The position numbers were made by a program, and so were the translations under genes. This document shows positions 49,677 through 58,046 of a stretch of DNA of 64,000 bases, piece after piece; the stretch's first letter is position 1; the number at the start of each line of letters is the position of its first letter. Source of the stretch: a virus; IMG/VR virus record IMGVR_UViG_3300042691_038416, positions 32,001 to 96,000 of that record. The stretch is one strand, 5' to 3'. The notes under the pieces were generated by a model that was not told where the DNA came from, searched no databases, and saw only the letters and a list, made by a program, of their open reading frames with translations.

Positions 49677-49937
49677 TTAGAATCTATTTGCTATTTTTCT
49701 TAACAATTCATCCTCTTCATTTGTTAATTGGAGTCGATTTTTATAAATCTTAATTAACATATCATTAAATTCTTTTTCCAAAACTGATGATTTTGGATCA
49801 GAATTAAGAATGAACCATCGACCTGTTGATTTTAAAGTATCAACAAATTTATTGATATCTCTTTCACTACATAATTCAATAAATTCATCTACACTTAGAT
49901 CAATTTCTGCTTCTACATCTTTATAAAATTGTGGCAT
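49677..49937 (-). CDS. hypothetical protein
   Basis: ORF track. Confidence 0.7.
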   Translation of the reverse strand: MPQFYKDVEAEIDLSVDEFIELCSERDINKFVDTLKSTGRWFILNSDPKSSVLEKEFNDMLIKIYKNRLQLTNEEDELLRKIANRF

Positions 49938-49949
49938 AACTTTTTATTT

Positions 49950-50633
49950 TTAAGGTTTATAAATTTCATCTGCGAATCCTAAATCAACTGTTTCTTCAGC
50001 TGTTAGGATAGTATCAAAATTCAGCATTTCTTTTAATACTGATCTGAGTTCTTCTTTTTTAGTTTCTGCTTTCCTAGAAAACGTTTTAGGTGAATCTAAT
50101 ATACTTGATAAAGTTTTAGCTAAATATCCATGACCTTCTTTTTCTTCCTTATCTAACATAGCTTTAAGGTATATTTCCTCCATATCATAATTTATACGTC
50201 TTTCCTCATTTACCCATTTTTCAATTAATGGTAAAGAAGCATCATCAAATGAAGTACCTCCATAATGTATCATAAATCTACTATTAGGCATCAGAATACG
50301 ATTATCAGCCGCTTGTAAAATAATACTACCCATACTCATAGCATAACCATACACTTTAATAGTACAATGACATCTAGCGTTTTGAATAGCATCATAAATA
50401 GCCATTCCATGATACCACTCACCACCTGGGTTATTCATGATGATAGTGATTTCATTATCGTTTTTAGATTCTAAAACATGCAATCCTTTAATAAATGATT
50501 CAGCCATTAAGTGATCAACACCTGATTCATATTCAGAAGTTCTATCAACTGAGCCCATATATAGGACTCTATTTTCTACATCTAGATTATGGTTAAACCA
50601 TTTATCTATGCTTTCTTTTGTTAGTGTTGCCAT
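49950..50633 (-). CDS. clpP: ClpP-like protease
   Basis: NNPGG, AMSMGS (Ser), FMIH (His), D..LTAEE...G.AD. Confidence 0.85.
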   Translation of the reverse strand: MATLTKESIDKWFNHNLDVENRVLYMGSVDRTSEYESGVDHLMAESFIKGLHVLESKNDNEITIIMNNPGGEWYHGMAIYDAIQNARCHCTIKVYGYAMSMGSIILQAADNRILMPNSRFMIHYGGTSFDDASLPLIEKWVNEERRINYDMEEIYLKAMLDKEEKEGHGYLAKTLSSILDSPKTFSRKAETKKEELRSVLKEMLNFDTILTAEETVDLGFADEIYKP

Positions 50634-50634
50634 A

Positions 50635-51714
50635 TTATTCGTAACTTTCTCTATCTATCTTAATCACATATGGAAACCTAGGTACTCCATCTGGTGTTAA
50701 GTTAAAATATTTTACTGTAGCTGATTTACCTATTAATTGGTCTCGTTCAGCCCACATACGTTGACATTCCTCCCAATTGAATTTAGGTGATGAATTAAAA
50801 CGTTTACCTGTTTTACTTTCAAATATAAATGAACCTACCATTCCTGTCTTGTTACCAATCCCTTCCTCAACACCTAGAATAGTATATTCTTCATCAATAA
50901 ATGATTTATGTTTTAAAAGTGATTTGGAGCGTTTATTTTCATATGGTTTGTCTAAACGAACCATTTGACCTTCATAACCCCAATCAATATAATCTTCATA
51001 CCAGTCTTTTAATATATCTTCATCTCCACAAACATCAGTTCTTACTCGTTTACAACAATCAGGTAAACTCATCTCAATTAATGTTGTATATCTTTCTATA
51101 AATGTTCCTTTATGGCTTGGTAAATCGTAAATATGATATTCAATCGCTTTAGCTGATGCGTTTAAGTCCTCTACTGTTGGCTTAGTCTTTTTAACCAATG
51201 AACAAATAGCGTTGAAATCATTTGCAAACTTATCAGCATATAACTCACCATCAAATATTAGATTTGGATTATCTTTAAACAGCGACTCCATTGTCTCAAA
51301 AATATGAGGTGCACTAATAATTCGTTTTCCATTTCTACTCCACATTCCATCTTTCTTTACAATACAACGAATACCATCTAATTTTGGTTGTGAGTATACT
51401 GGGTATTTTATTTTGGATTTTTCTTTATGCCAGTCATGAGCTAACATTGGTTCAAAAAATGTTTCATTATCAATATCAGAGATATTTTCAAATGAACCTG
51501 CTTCCATTTTCTTACGATGAAGCGCAGTTGCCTCCTTCATGGCTTGTTCCTCAGCTGTACAATATGATTTAGCAGCACATACTTTCCATTCAGATACTGT
51601 TTTAATTCCATCAGTATAACCTGATATGGTTCTGTATTTGTTGCCTTCTACTTCAACAACATATTCATTAATTTTGCCGTTTGTAGCGCGAGAGTATAGT
51701 GTGTTTAGTTTCAT
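50635..51714 (-). CDS. ATP-dependent DNA ligase
   Basis: PMLA, KLDGIR, DGELY, EGQM, LLK.K, PRFP. Confidence 0.92.
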   Translation of the reverse strand: MKLNTLYSRATNGKINEYVVEVEGNKYRTISGYTDGIKTVSEWKVCAAKSYCTAEEQAMKEATALHRKKMEAGSFENISDIDNETFFEPMLAHDWHKEKSKIKYPVYSQPKLDGIRCIVKKDGMWSRNGKRIISAPHIFETMESLFKDNPNLIFDGELYADKFANDFNAICSLVKKTKPTVEDLNASAKAIEYHIYDLPSHKGTFIERYTTLIEMSLPDCCKRVRTDVCGDEDILKDWYEDYIDWGYEGQMVRLDKPYENKRSKSLLKHKSFIDEEYTILGVEEGIGNKTGMVGSFIFESKTGKRFNSSPKFNWEECQRMWAERDQLIGKSATVKYFNLTPDGVPRFPYVIKIDRESYE

Positions 51715-51719
51715 AACCT

Positions 51720-51905
51720 TTATATAATATCAAAATATAAACATATTAAATAAGTAACAGTGAACCATATCACTAAACTTATCCAATCTTTTTCTTTAAT
51801 AGTTTTAATAATCCATTCTACAATATTATAGATGAAACCAATAATTACTAAAATAATTAAAAATAACCACATGTTTTCTAAGAATGAATTTTTATTTGTA
51901 CTCAT
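51720..51905 (-). CDS. small membrane protein
   Basis: Hydrophobic helices. Confidence 0.6.
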   Translation of the reverse strand: MSTNKNSFLENMWLFLIILVIIGFIYNIVEWIIKTIKEKDWISLVIWFTVTYLICLYFDII

Positions 51906-51939
51906 AACTTTTTTATCTCTATAAATATAAGAAAAAAGA

Positions 51940-52224
51940 TCAAGTAAGCCTAATACTTCTTAATTTTAATTTTGTATATTCTTTTAAATTTTTAACAAGA
52001 ACCATGTAAACATCTCGATGTATTCTTGATTTAATGCAATATATTTCAAAATTTTTTATAATTCTAAAACAACAATCTATATGGTTCCCAGTTGTACAAG
52101 ACTTAATAATAGATAATATCTTATTATATTTAATACGAATCTTTTTAAATTCGTCCGAATGCTCTAGTGTCTTTGATTTTCCTTGGGTCCACATCATTTG
52201 GGAAAAGAAGTCCTCGCTTCTCAA
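51940..52224 (-). CDS. hypothetical protein
   Basis: ORF track; start uncertain. Confidence 0.55.
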   Translation of the reverse strand: MRSEDFFSQMMWTQGKSKTLEHSDEFKKIRIKYNKILSIIKSCTTGNHIDCCFRIIKNFEIYCIKSRIHRDVYMVLVKNLKEYTKLKLRSIRLT

Positions 52225-52456
52225 CTTTATCTAGATTAACAATGGTATTTGTACCATATAAATATGTGGGACCTTCATAGATTTCAGTAACATATTCCTT
52301 ACCCTTAATCTGAGATATTCTTCTAGGATATGTAAATGATCTAAATTCTCTACAAGTCACTCTATACCAATTTCCATTTGGTAATTGAACTTCTAAACAC
52401 CCAGCTGAATTAAATGGGTATTCTAACTTTATTGTTGCGCCTCTTTTTTCTGACAT
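52145..52456 (-). CDS. hypothetical protein
   Basis: WYRVT.REFRSF. Confidence 0.7.
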   Translation of the reverse strand: MSEKRGATIKLEYPFNSAGCLEVQLPNGNWYRVTCREFRSFTYPRRISQIKGKEYVTEIYEGPTYLYGTNTIVNLDKVEKRGLLFPNDVDPRKIKDTRAFGRI

Positions 52457-52667
52457 TTGGTTTAGTATCTAAAAACATTTGTTCTAATTTAAGATGATAA
52501 TGCATTTGTAGAAAATTAAATTTTTCTTGACCTTGTAATGGTTTTGCTTCATCTAAGTCTTCTGAGAAGAATGGATAACCTTCTCTACAACCTGCAAATA
52601 CTCTAGCTCGTTCATCTAAAATAATGAACTCAGGTTCTTCTTCATACTCCTGTCTACTCTTCTTCAT
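52410..52667 (-). CDS. hypothetical protein
   Basis: ORF track. Confidence 0.65.
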   Translation of the reverse strand: MKKSRQEYEEEPEFIILDERARVFAGCREGYPFFSEDLDEAKPLQGQEKFNFLQMHYHLKLEQMFLDTKPNVRKKRRNNKVRIPI

Positions 52668-52909
52668 TTTTGTTTTTTATATTTTTTAAATGCTTCATCT
52701 AGGTAATGAGATAGTTCAGATGGCACATCTTCATTAAGTGGCTCTAAATATTTTTTTAGATTCTTTTTATCAAATGCATACCAAGCAAAAGTATATTTTA
52801 TATAAATCTTATCTCCTTCTTCTTTATAATTAAAAGTCATCTCATCTGAGGTGATAATTGGGAATACTTCAATTAGTGCTTTTTTAGCTTTTGTTCGTTT
52901 CCAACTCAT
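52664..52909 (-). CDS. hypothetical protein
   Basis: ORF track. Confidence 0.65.
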   Translation of the reverse strand: MSWKRTKAKKALIEVFPIITSDEMTFNYKEEGDKIYIKYTFAWYAFDKKNLKKYLEPLNEDVPSELSHYLDEAFKKYKKQK

Positions 52910-53190
52910 ATAATTCCTAATTCTTTAGCTCTAGTATAAGCAACCATCTTACCATTAGCTGGGTTTAAATATTTACGTTTTGTTTTAGGTAATTTTTCAT
53001 TTTCAACCTCATCAATCTCATCCTTAAACCATCCTTTAGGATAAAATATCTCAACCATAAGAGGCCCATTTGGACTTTTATCTAAGTCATAGTGCCATTT
53101 TTGACTAACACCATCCTCAAATTTAACATCCCGAATAAATTTTCGTGGTTGTGATTCAGCGGTTTGTTCAACTGGTCTACCTTTCGCCAT
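52906..53190 (-). CDS. hypothetical protein
   Basis: ORF with promoter motif. Confidence 0.7.
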   Translation of the reverse strand: MAKGRPVEQTAESQPRKFIRDVKFEDGVSQKWHYDLDKSPNGPLMVEIFYPKGWFKDEIDEVENEKLPKTKRKYLNPANGKMVAYTRAKELGII

Positions 53191-53219
53191 AACCTTAATT
53201 TTTATTAAATATAAAAAAG

Positions 53220-53241
53220 AAGGCTCGGTATTCCGAGCCTT
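53220..53241 (-). terminator. terminator hairpin fused to promoter
   Basis: AAGGCTCGG/CCGAGCCTT. Confidence 0.7.
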
Positions 53242-53252
53242 TTTAAATTTTA

Positions 53253-53759
53253 TTAATCACCTTTATATTTCAAACTATCATAAAAGCGTTGAACCGCTTC
53301 TTGATATTCTGGTGACTCTTCGTAATCTTTTATTCTTTTTTGATGAGCTAAATATTCATCAGATACTAATGTACCTCTCACAATATTATCTTTACCAGCA
53401 ATTGAGATTCTTTCAGTTGTAAATCTTGGTTCTTCACCATTATATGTAGATTTATATGTATCTACCCATTTTTTAGCTTTTTCTTTAGAGTATAAGAAAC
53501 CATTTTCAGCCCCAATATTTGGAACCAAAATAAAGATATCAATATACCTCATATCTTTTCTAGGAACTTCTTTATCAGTTTCAGGCAAATCATTATATGT
53601 AGGTAATTTTTCTAATGGTAAACCTAATCTATTACCTTTTCCACCTGTTGGAGGTACAAACCCAATTGCTTTTTTAAGTGCAGCATTAATTGGATCTTCT
53701 GCTTCTAGAATAGATTTAACTTCTTCTTGTATGATTTGCTTTAATTCTGATTTTTTCAT
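53253..53759 (-). CDS. putative head-packaged protein
   Basis: MKKSELKQIIQEEV..ILE leader; ATATTTAT upstream. Confidence 0.65.
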   Translation of the reverse strand: MKKSELKQIIQEEVKSILEAEDPINAALKKAIGFVPPTGGKGNRLGLPLEKLPTYNDLPETDKEVPRKDMRYIDIFILVPNIGAENGFLYSKEKAKKWVDTYKSTYNGEEPRFTTERISIAGKDNIVRGTLVSDEYLAHQKRIKDYEESPEYQEAVQRFYDSLKYKGD

Positions 53760-53760
53760 A
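53719..53760. repeat. 42-nt exact repeat (copy 1) encoding MKKSELKQIIQEEV
   Basis: Identical to 55274..55315. Confidence 0.9.
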
Positions 53761-53782
53761 TTTGTAGTATATGTTATAAATA

Positions 53783-54292
53783 TTATGCCTTCTTTGGTCT
53801 TCCACGTTTACCAGTGCTTCTCTTCTGTCTCTCAATACGTTCTGCTTCTCTAGCCGCTTTCACTTCAGGATCAAGCGCTCTACGCCCACGTTTACCTCCA
53901 GTTGGTTTATACACTGCTATTGATTTAAGTTCACTTGGATCTTTTTTAGGACGACCACGTTTACCTTTAGGTCCAGTTGTTACTTTTTCCTTAACAGTGT
54001 TTTGAGCTTTAGAAAAATAATTTTTCATACCTAACTGATATGGGTGTACTACTACCTCATCTAAATAGAAATTATATGTACCTCCATCAGGGCCAGTCAC
54101 CTCAAATCCACCTTGTGGAAAACCCGGTGAACCTGGTTCAAAACGTTTTCTAAGTGTAAAATACATTTGTGGATCATCAAAGTGACGAGCTGGCAGTACT
54201 CTACAATTAGGTTTAAAATTTAGGAATTTTTCCTCAACATCTGTGAAATACTTGTAAGGAGGAAATGCTTCTGTGTTTTCGTTGATTTTCAT
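53783..54292 (-). CDS. protein with C-terminal AT-hook motifs
   Basis: GKRGRP twice, GKRGRR once. Confidence 0.7.
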   Translation of the reverse strand: MKINENTEAFPPYKYFTDVEEKFLNFKPNCRVLPARHFDDPQMYFTLRKRFEPGSPGFPQGGFEVTGPDGGTYNFYLDEVVVHPYQLGMKNYFSKAQNTVKEKVTTGPKGKRGRPKKDPSELKSIAVYKPTGGKRGRRALDPEVKAAREAERIERQKRSTGKRGRPKKA

Positions 54293-54323
54293 AACCTTTT
54301 TATTTAAGTTAAATATATGAAAA

Positions 54324-54345
54324 AGGGCCCGGTAATCCGAGCCCT
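54324..54345 (-). terminator. terminator hairpin fused to promoter
   Basis: AGGGCCCGG/CCGAGCCCT. Confidence 0.65.
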
Positions 54346-54348
54346 AAA

Positions 54349-55314
54349 TTATTTTCCTTTTCTTAATGCTGCAAAATCAGCTCCTGTAATTTTGTCCTCA
54401 GGTGGTGCTGCTTTAGCTATTTTCATTTGCTTTTTAGTCAATTCATCCATTGGAGCTTTGTTACTCATTAAGAAGTTATGTACTTCTTCAATATCATCTT
54501 TTGATGTAGCGATATGATCCGCGGCCCAGTCATGACCATTTGCTAAAATAGCATCAACCATTTGAGGATCTAGACTTAACATTTCTTCAACCTCTTTTTT
54601 AATGGTTTCAAGATTTTGAAAGAACATGTATTTTTCTGAATTCTCATTTAGTTTTTCAGTCATTCCATATCCTTTAATTCTGAATCCTTGCCCACCAGCA
54701 CCATATTTTGTTTCAGGATTGATTTGTTTAGCTATAAGTGATAATATTCTAGCATCAGCTCTAGTAATTTCAATTCCTATTCCCCAATCATCATCTTGTA
54801 CATCATAATAAATGTATTTATCATTTTCACCAGGAATAGTAACAGTTAATGATACCTCTCCTTCTTTAGATGGACTTGAATGATATTTGTGGTAAACAAT
54901 ATCAGTAATTGTACCACCTAATAATGGTTTTCCAATAAATTTACTAAAAAAGGCACGACCCATAGATACTGTTCTTTGATCTTGGTTTCTAGAACGAGAT
55001 ATATTTGTTGCTCTTTTAAATAGTTCAGGAGAAATTTCATTTAACTCTTTACTCTGAATATCAGATATAATATCACTTAAGAAATCATCATCATTCATCA
55101 AACTCATTATCTCATTACGTGTCCATCTAGGATTCTCACCTGTTGGCATTTTATCATTTTTTAAATAATTAAATATCATTCCAATTATTTCATCTTGAGA
55201 TTTACCTTTAGCTTTATCTTTAATAGCTTTAGATATTGTGTCTGAGTATCTAGTTTCATTTAATACTTTAGATACTTCTTCTTGTATGATTTGCTTTAAT
55301 TCTGATTTTTTCAT
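54349..55314 (-). CDS. putative head-packaged polyprotein
   Basis: Same leader as 53253..53759; three LNE motifs. Confidence 0.65.
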   Translation of the reverse strand: MKKSELKQIIQEEVSKVLNETRYSDTISKAIKDKAKGKSQDEIIGMIFNYLKNDKMPTGENPRWTRNEIMSLMNDDDFLSDIISDIQSKELNEISPELFKRATNISRSRNQDQRTVSMGRAFFSKFIGKPLLGGTITDIVYHKYHSSPSKEGEVSLTVTIPGENDKYIYYDVQDDDWGIGIEITRADARILSLIAKQINPETKYGAGGQGFRIKGYGMTEKLNENSEKYMFFQNLETIKKEVEEMLSLDPQMVDAILANGHDWAADHIATSKDDIEEVHNFLMSNKAPMDELTKKQMKIAKAAPPEDKITGADFAALRKGK

Positions 55315-55315
55315 A
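55274..55315. repeat. 42-nt exact repeat (copy 2)
   Basis: Identical to 53719..53760. Confidence 0.9.
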
Positions 55316-55328
55316 ATTTATTTTAAAT

Positions 55329-55760
55329 TTATTTTACTATGTTATGTCTCCAACCAACTGTAAAAATAGCTGATTGGCCAAATGATGTTGCACCCCAAGA
55401 CATAGCTTCTATTGTAAATAAAATGTCTCTATTTTTATCTGGACGATTTGATCTTAATTGTAGATATGTTGTTGAAGGCCATATTCTAGCTCCAAGTGAT
55501 AATTCATATTTAGAATCAAAAGTATATCCTACACCTGCTTTAGCTGTTAAAATACTAGGAAATGCTAATCCACCTTGATAATCTAATAATACTCCACTAT
55601 TAAATCTAGTAGTAGCACCATATAAAAATGATGCTCCAGGAAATAAAGGAACTGTTCCAACACTTACACCAGCATTAAGCTCAGTGTATGTTGTTGTGGT
55701 TTGTGCTTTACTTATATTGAAGCATAAAGCTAAAATAAACAGTAATAATAATTTTTTCAT
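55329..55760 (-). CDS. secreted, outer-membrane beta-barrel-like protein
   Basis: Signal peptide ending SKA-Q; amphipathic beta strands ending FTVGWR. Confidence 0.55.
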   Translation of the reverse strand: MKKLLLLFILALCFNISKAQTTTTYTELNAGVSVGTVPLFPGASFLYGATTRFNSGVLLDYQGGLAFPSILTAKAGVGYTFDSKYELSLGARIWPSTTYLQLRSNRPDKNRDILFTIEAMSWGATSFGQSAIFTVGWRHNIVK

Positions 55761-55903
55761 TTTCCTTGACCTCTATATGGTTTCTTCCAATTTTTACTTG
55801 ATTTTAAAACACTAGTCTTTTTCTTACTATGAACACCAGGACGGCTGATGTTCTTTTTTATAATAACTTTAGATGTGTCTTTACCTGATTTTTTTGCAGC
55901 CAT
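55757..55903 (-). CDS. small Lys-rich protein (48 aa) ending YRGQGK
   Basis: Hand translation; ATGA overlap with the next gene. Confidence 0.7.
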   Translation of the reverse strand: MAAKKSGKDTSKVIIKKNISRPGVHSKKKTSVLKSSKNWKKPYRGQGK

Positions 55904-55934
55904 TGTATATGTTTTTACTTATACATATATAACT

Positions 55935-56252
55935 TTATGCTGCTGATTCAGATTTGTTTAAAATTTTAATAGCCTTAGTTATTTCAGCACAATCTTCATA
56001 CATCTCGCGATCTTCAAAATATTTTAGATTTTCTTTAAGAGTATCACTAAAACTAGTTTTTTCTAAAGTTATATCAAATATTGTATTTTCTTCTAAACAT
56101 TTAACACTTAATACATGAACATTTTTCCTACGTGTTTTCAAATTACTTAATATTGAACCCACTATGGCTTGAGATATACTAAAATGTTTTTTATCAACTA
56201 AATCTTGGAAATCAGTCATTGATCTGACTTCAATTTCTTTTGGCTTACCCAT
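55935..56252 (-). CDS. hypothetical protein with UVR-like C-terminal motif
   Basis: LKYFEDREMYEDCAEI. Confidence 0.6.
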   Translation of the reverse strand: MGKPKEIEVRSMTDFQDLVDKKHFSISQAIVGSILSNLKTRRKNVHVLSVKCLEENTIFDITLEKTSFSDTLKENLKYFEDREMYEDCAEITKAIKILNKSESAA

Positions 56253-56254
56253 AT

Positions 56255-56413
56255 TTAAAATAGTTTTAGGAAGTTTTTATTTATTTTTTTCTCTTTTAGC
56301 TTCTGCATTTTCTCATCATTCTTCAACATTTTAGAAGCTAATTTATCTAAATGTTCAGACTTCTGTTTATCGTAGTCTTTAACTAATCTATCATGATTCT
56401 TGTTCTTAGCCAT
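56255..56413 (-). CDS. small basic hypothetical protein (52 aa)
   Basis: Hand translation MAKNKNHDRLVK... Confidence 0.6.
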   Translation of the reverse strand: MAKNKNHDRLVKDYDKQKSEHLDKLASKMLKNDEKMQKLKEKKINKNFLKLF

Positions 56414-56428
56414 ACATCAATAAATATT

Positions 56429-57082
56429 TTAAAGTCTTGAAATAAACTCAGAACCATCATCTTCTGGTTTAGGAGGTTGGTAGAGACCTAATTCTGCTAG
56501 TCTTTGTTTTTGATAATCGTCTAATTGAAAATCTACTGCCTCACTAGTGTTATATGTAGGCTGATGTGTTTCTAACTGTTGTATATCTTTTTGATTAAAT
56601 ATTTCACCAACATTTAAGAAATAACAGTTATAACATAAAAACCTAATATTACCTAAGTTATAATGATTTGGATTATTATCTTTAAAATTTAGGATAAGTG
56701 GTATTTTATAATCATTAACTCGACGTTCATGAAAACCACAAATACCACACTCTTCTTTTAGATAACCTTCATCAACCATTTTTCTTTTGATATCCTCAGA
56801 TCTAAAATGAACAGCAGCTATTCTACCTTCAATCACATCTAATACATCCCATTGAGATTTTTTCTCTGGATTGCCAGCTAAGAATTTAGGAATACCTTTA
56901 CCAGCTTGATTTTTATGAGCTTCAAATAATGACCTACCACCTTCAAATTCATGATATCTTTTAGCCCACATTTTATAGTGAATATAAGAGCAATTAAGGT
57001 AGCGTGCTGCAGCCTTATTACTCTTAGTCATTTTCATAGCTAAAAGTACTTGTTCTTTTGTTAATGGTTTTGGTTTAGGCAT
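56429..57082 (-). CDS. HTH + degenerate HNH-like protein
   Basis: AAARYLNCS; CGICG...LNFKDNN...NIRFLCYNC. Confidence 0.7.
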   Translation of the reverse strand: MPKPKPLTKEQVLLAMKMTKSNKAAARYLNCSYIHYKMWAKRYHEFEGGRSLFEAHKNQAGKGIPKFLAGNPEKKSQWDVLDVIEGRIAAVHFRSEDIKRKMVDEGYLKEECGICGFHERRVNDYKIPLILNFKDNNPNHYNLGNIRFLCYNCYFLNVGEIFNQKDIQQLETHQPTYNTSEAVDFQLDDYQKQRLAELGLYQPPKPEDDGSEFISRL

Positions 57083-57417
57083 TACTCTTCTAAATCTTCT
57101 AAATCAACATCTTTTATTTCTTCAATATCTTCTAACTCAATTGTTTCCTCATCATCTTCTTCTTCAATTTCTTCATCTGGGTGAGGAGGATCATCTTTTC
57201 TACGACCATATAATTTATGTTCTAATTCTTGATACTTATCATAGTCTTCACGATCCATGATAACAACATCATTATATGTATGGTCTCCTTCTCCTACAAC
57301 AACAGTGACACCTGCTTTTTTACCTGTTGTAGAACATTTAACACATTGTGTTGCTGATGGTAGAATTTCTAGTCGTTTTGGGTGGATTTCTTCTCCACAT
57401 GCGTTGCACTTTTTCAT
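57082..57417 (-). CDS. DksA/TraR-type C4 zinc-finger protein with acidic tail
   Basis: CNACGEEIHPKRLEILPSATQCVKC. Confidence 0.8.
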   Translation of the reverse strand: MKKCNACGEEIHPKRLEILPSATQCVKCSTTGKKAGVTVVVGEGDHTYNDVVIMDREDYDKYQELEHKLYGRRKDDPPHPDEEIEEEDDEETIELEDIEEIKDVDLEDLEE

Positions 57418-57425
57418 AACCTTTT

Positions 57426-57833
57426 TTATTTGTCTGTATTGTTTTCTTTTCTTAAGCGTTCAAGTAAGTCCCATAAATCTGAGGATGTTTTAACTATTAC
57501 TTCCTCATCTTCTTTTCCTTCAAATTGAAGAAGTAGAGGAGCAATATTTTCACCATCTAATTCTCTAGCAAATATGTACCATAAAATAATTTCTGCCTCC
57601 CAAACATTATATTTAAGACACAGACAATTTTCAATAATTTGATAGAATTTTTCTTCGTACTCTAATAAATTTATTTTATACTTTTCATAAGCTTCATTTG
57701 ACCTAATCCAAACTTCATAAAACATATCTACTGTTTCAATAAATAATTCTTTTTCAGTTATTATTTTTTGTTTTGTAGGTCTTTCATTTAACTTAAGTTT
57801 TTTACCAAAATTATTCAGATTTGGTTTCTTCAT
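57426..57833 (-). CDS. hypothetical protein
   Basis: ORF track. Confidence 0.7.
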   Translation of the reverse strand: MKKPNLNNFGKKLKLNERPTKQKIITEKELFIETVDMFYEVWIRSNEAYEKYKINLLEYEEKFYQIIENCLCLKYNVWEAEIILWYIFARELDGENIAPLLLQFEGKEDEEVIVKTSSDLWDLLERLRKENNTDK

Positions 57834-57996
57834 ATGTTTCTATATTATATAACGTAGTGAATGTGTATTCATCAATTTGTTTTCGTTCAGAAAAATAAAT
57901 TAACGCTTCATTTTCATTTGGAGCCAAAATTTTATCAATTGGTTCCTTTTTAATATCATTCTTATGATAATAAAAATAAGGTTTAAAATCTAGCAT
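57811..57996 (-). CDS. hypothetical protein
   Basis: ORF with promoter motif. Confidence 0.65.
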   Translation of the reverse strand: MLDFKPYFYYHKNDIKKEPIDKILAPNENEALIYFSERKQIDEYTFTTLYNIETYEETKSE

Positions 57997-58046
57997 ATCT
58001 TTTCTTTCTTTATAAATATAGGTTAAAGATTTTAGGAAGCCAAATC

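Noticed and set aside
1165-57493. All plus-strand ORFs in the track
   Set aside because: They lie antisense to minus-strand genes or tRNAs and show no recognisable motifs or promoter context
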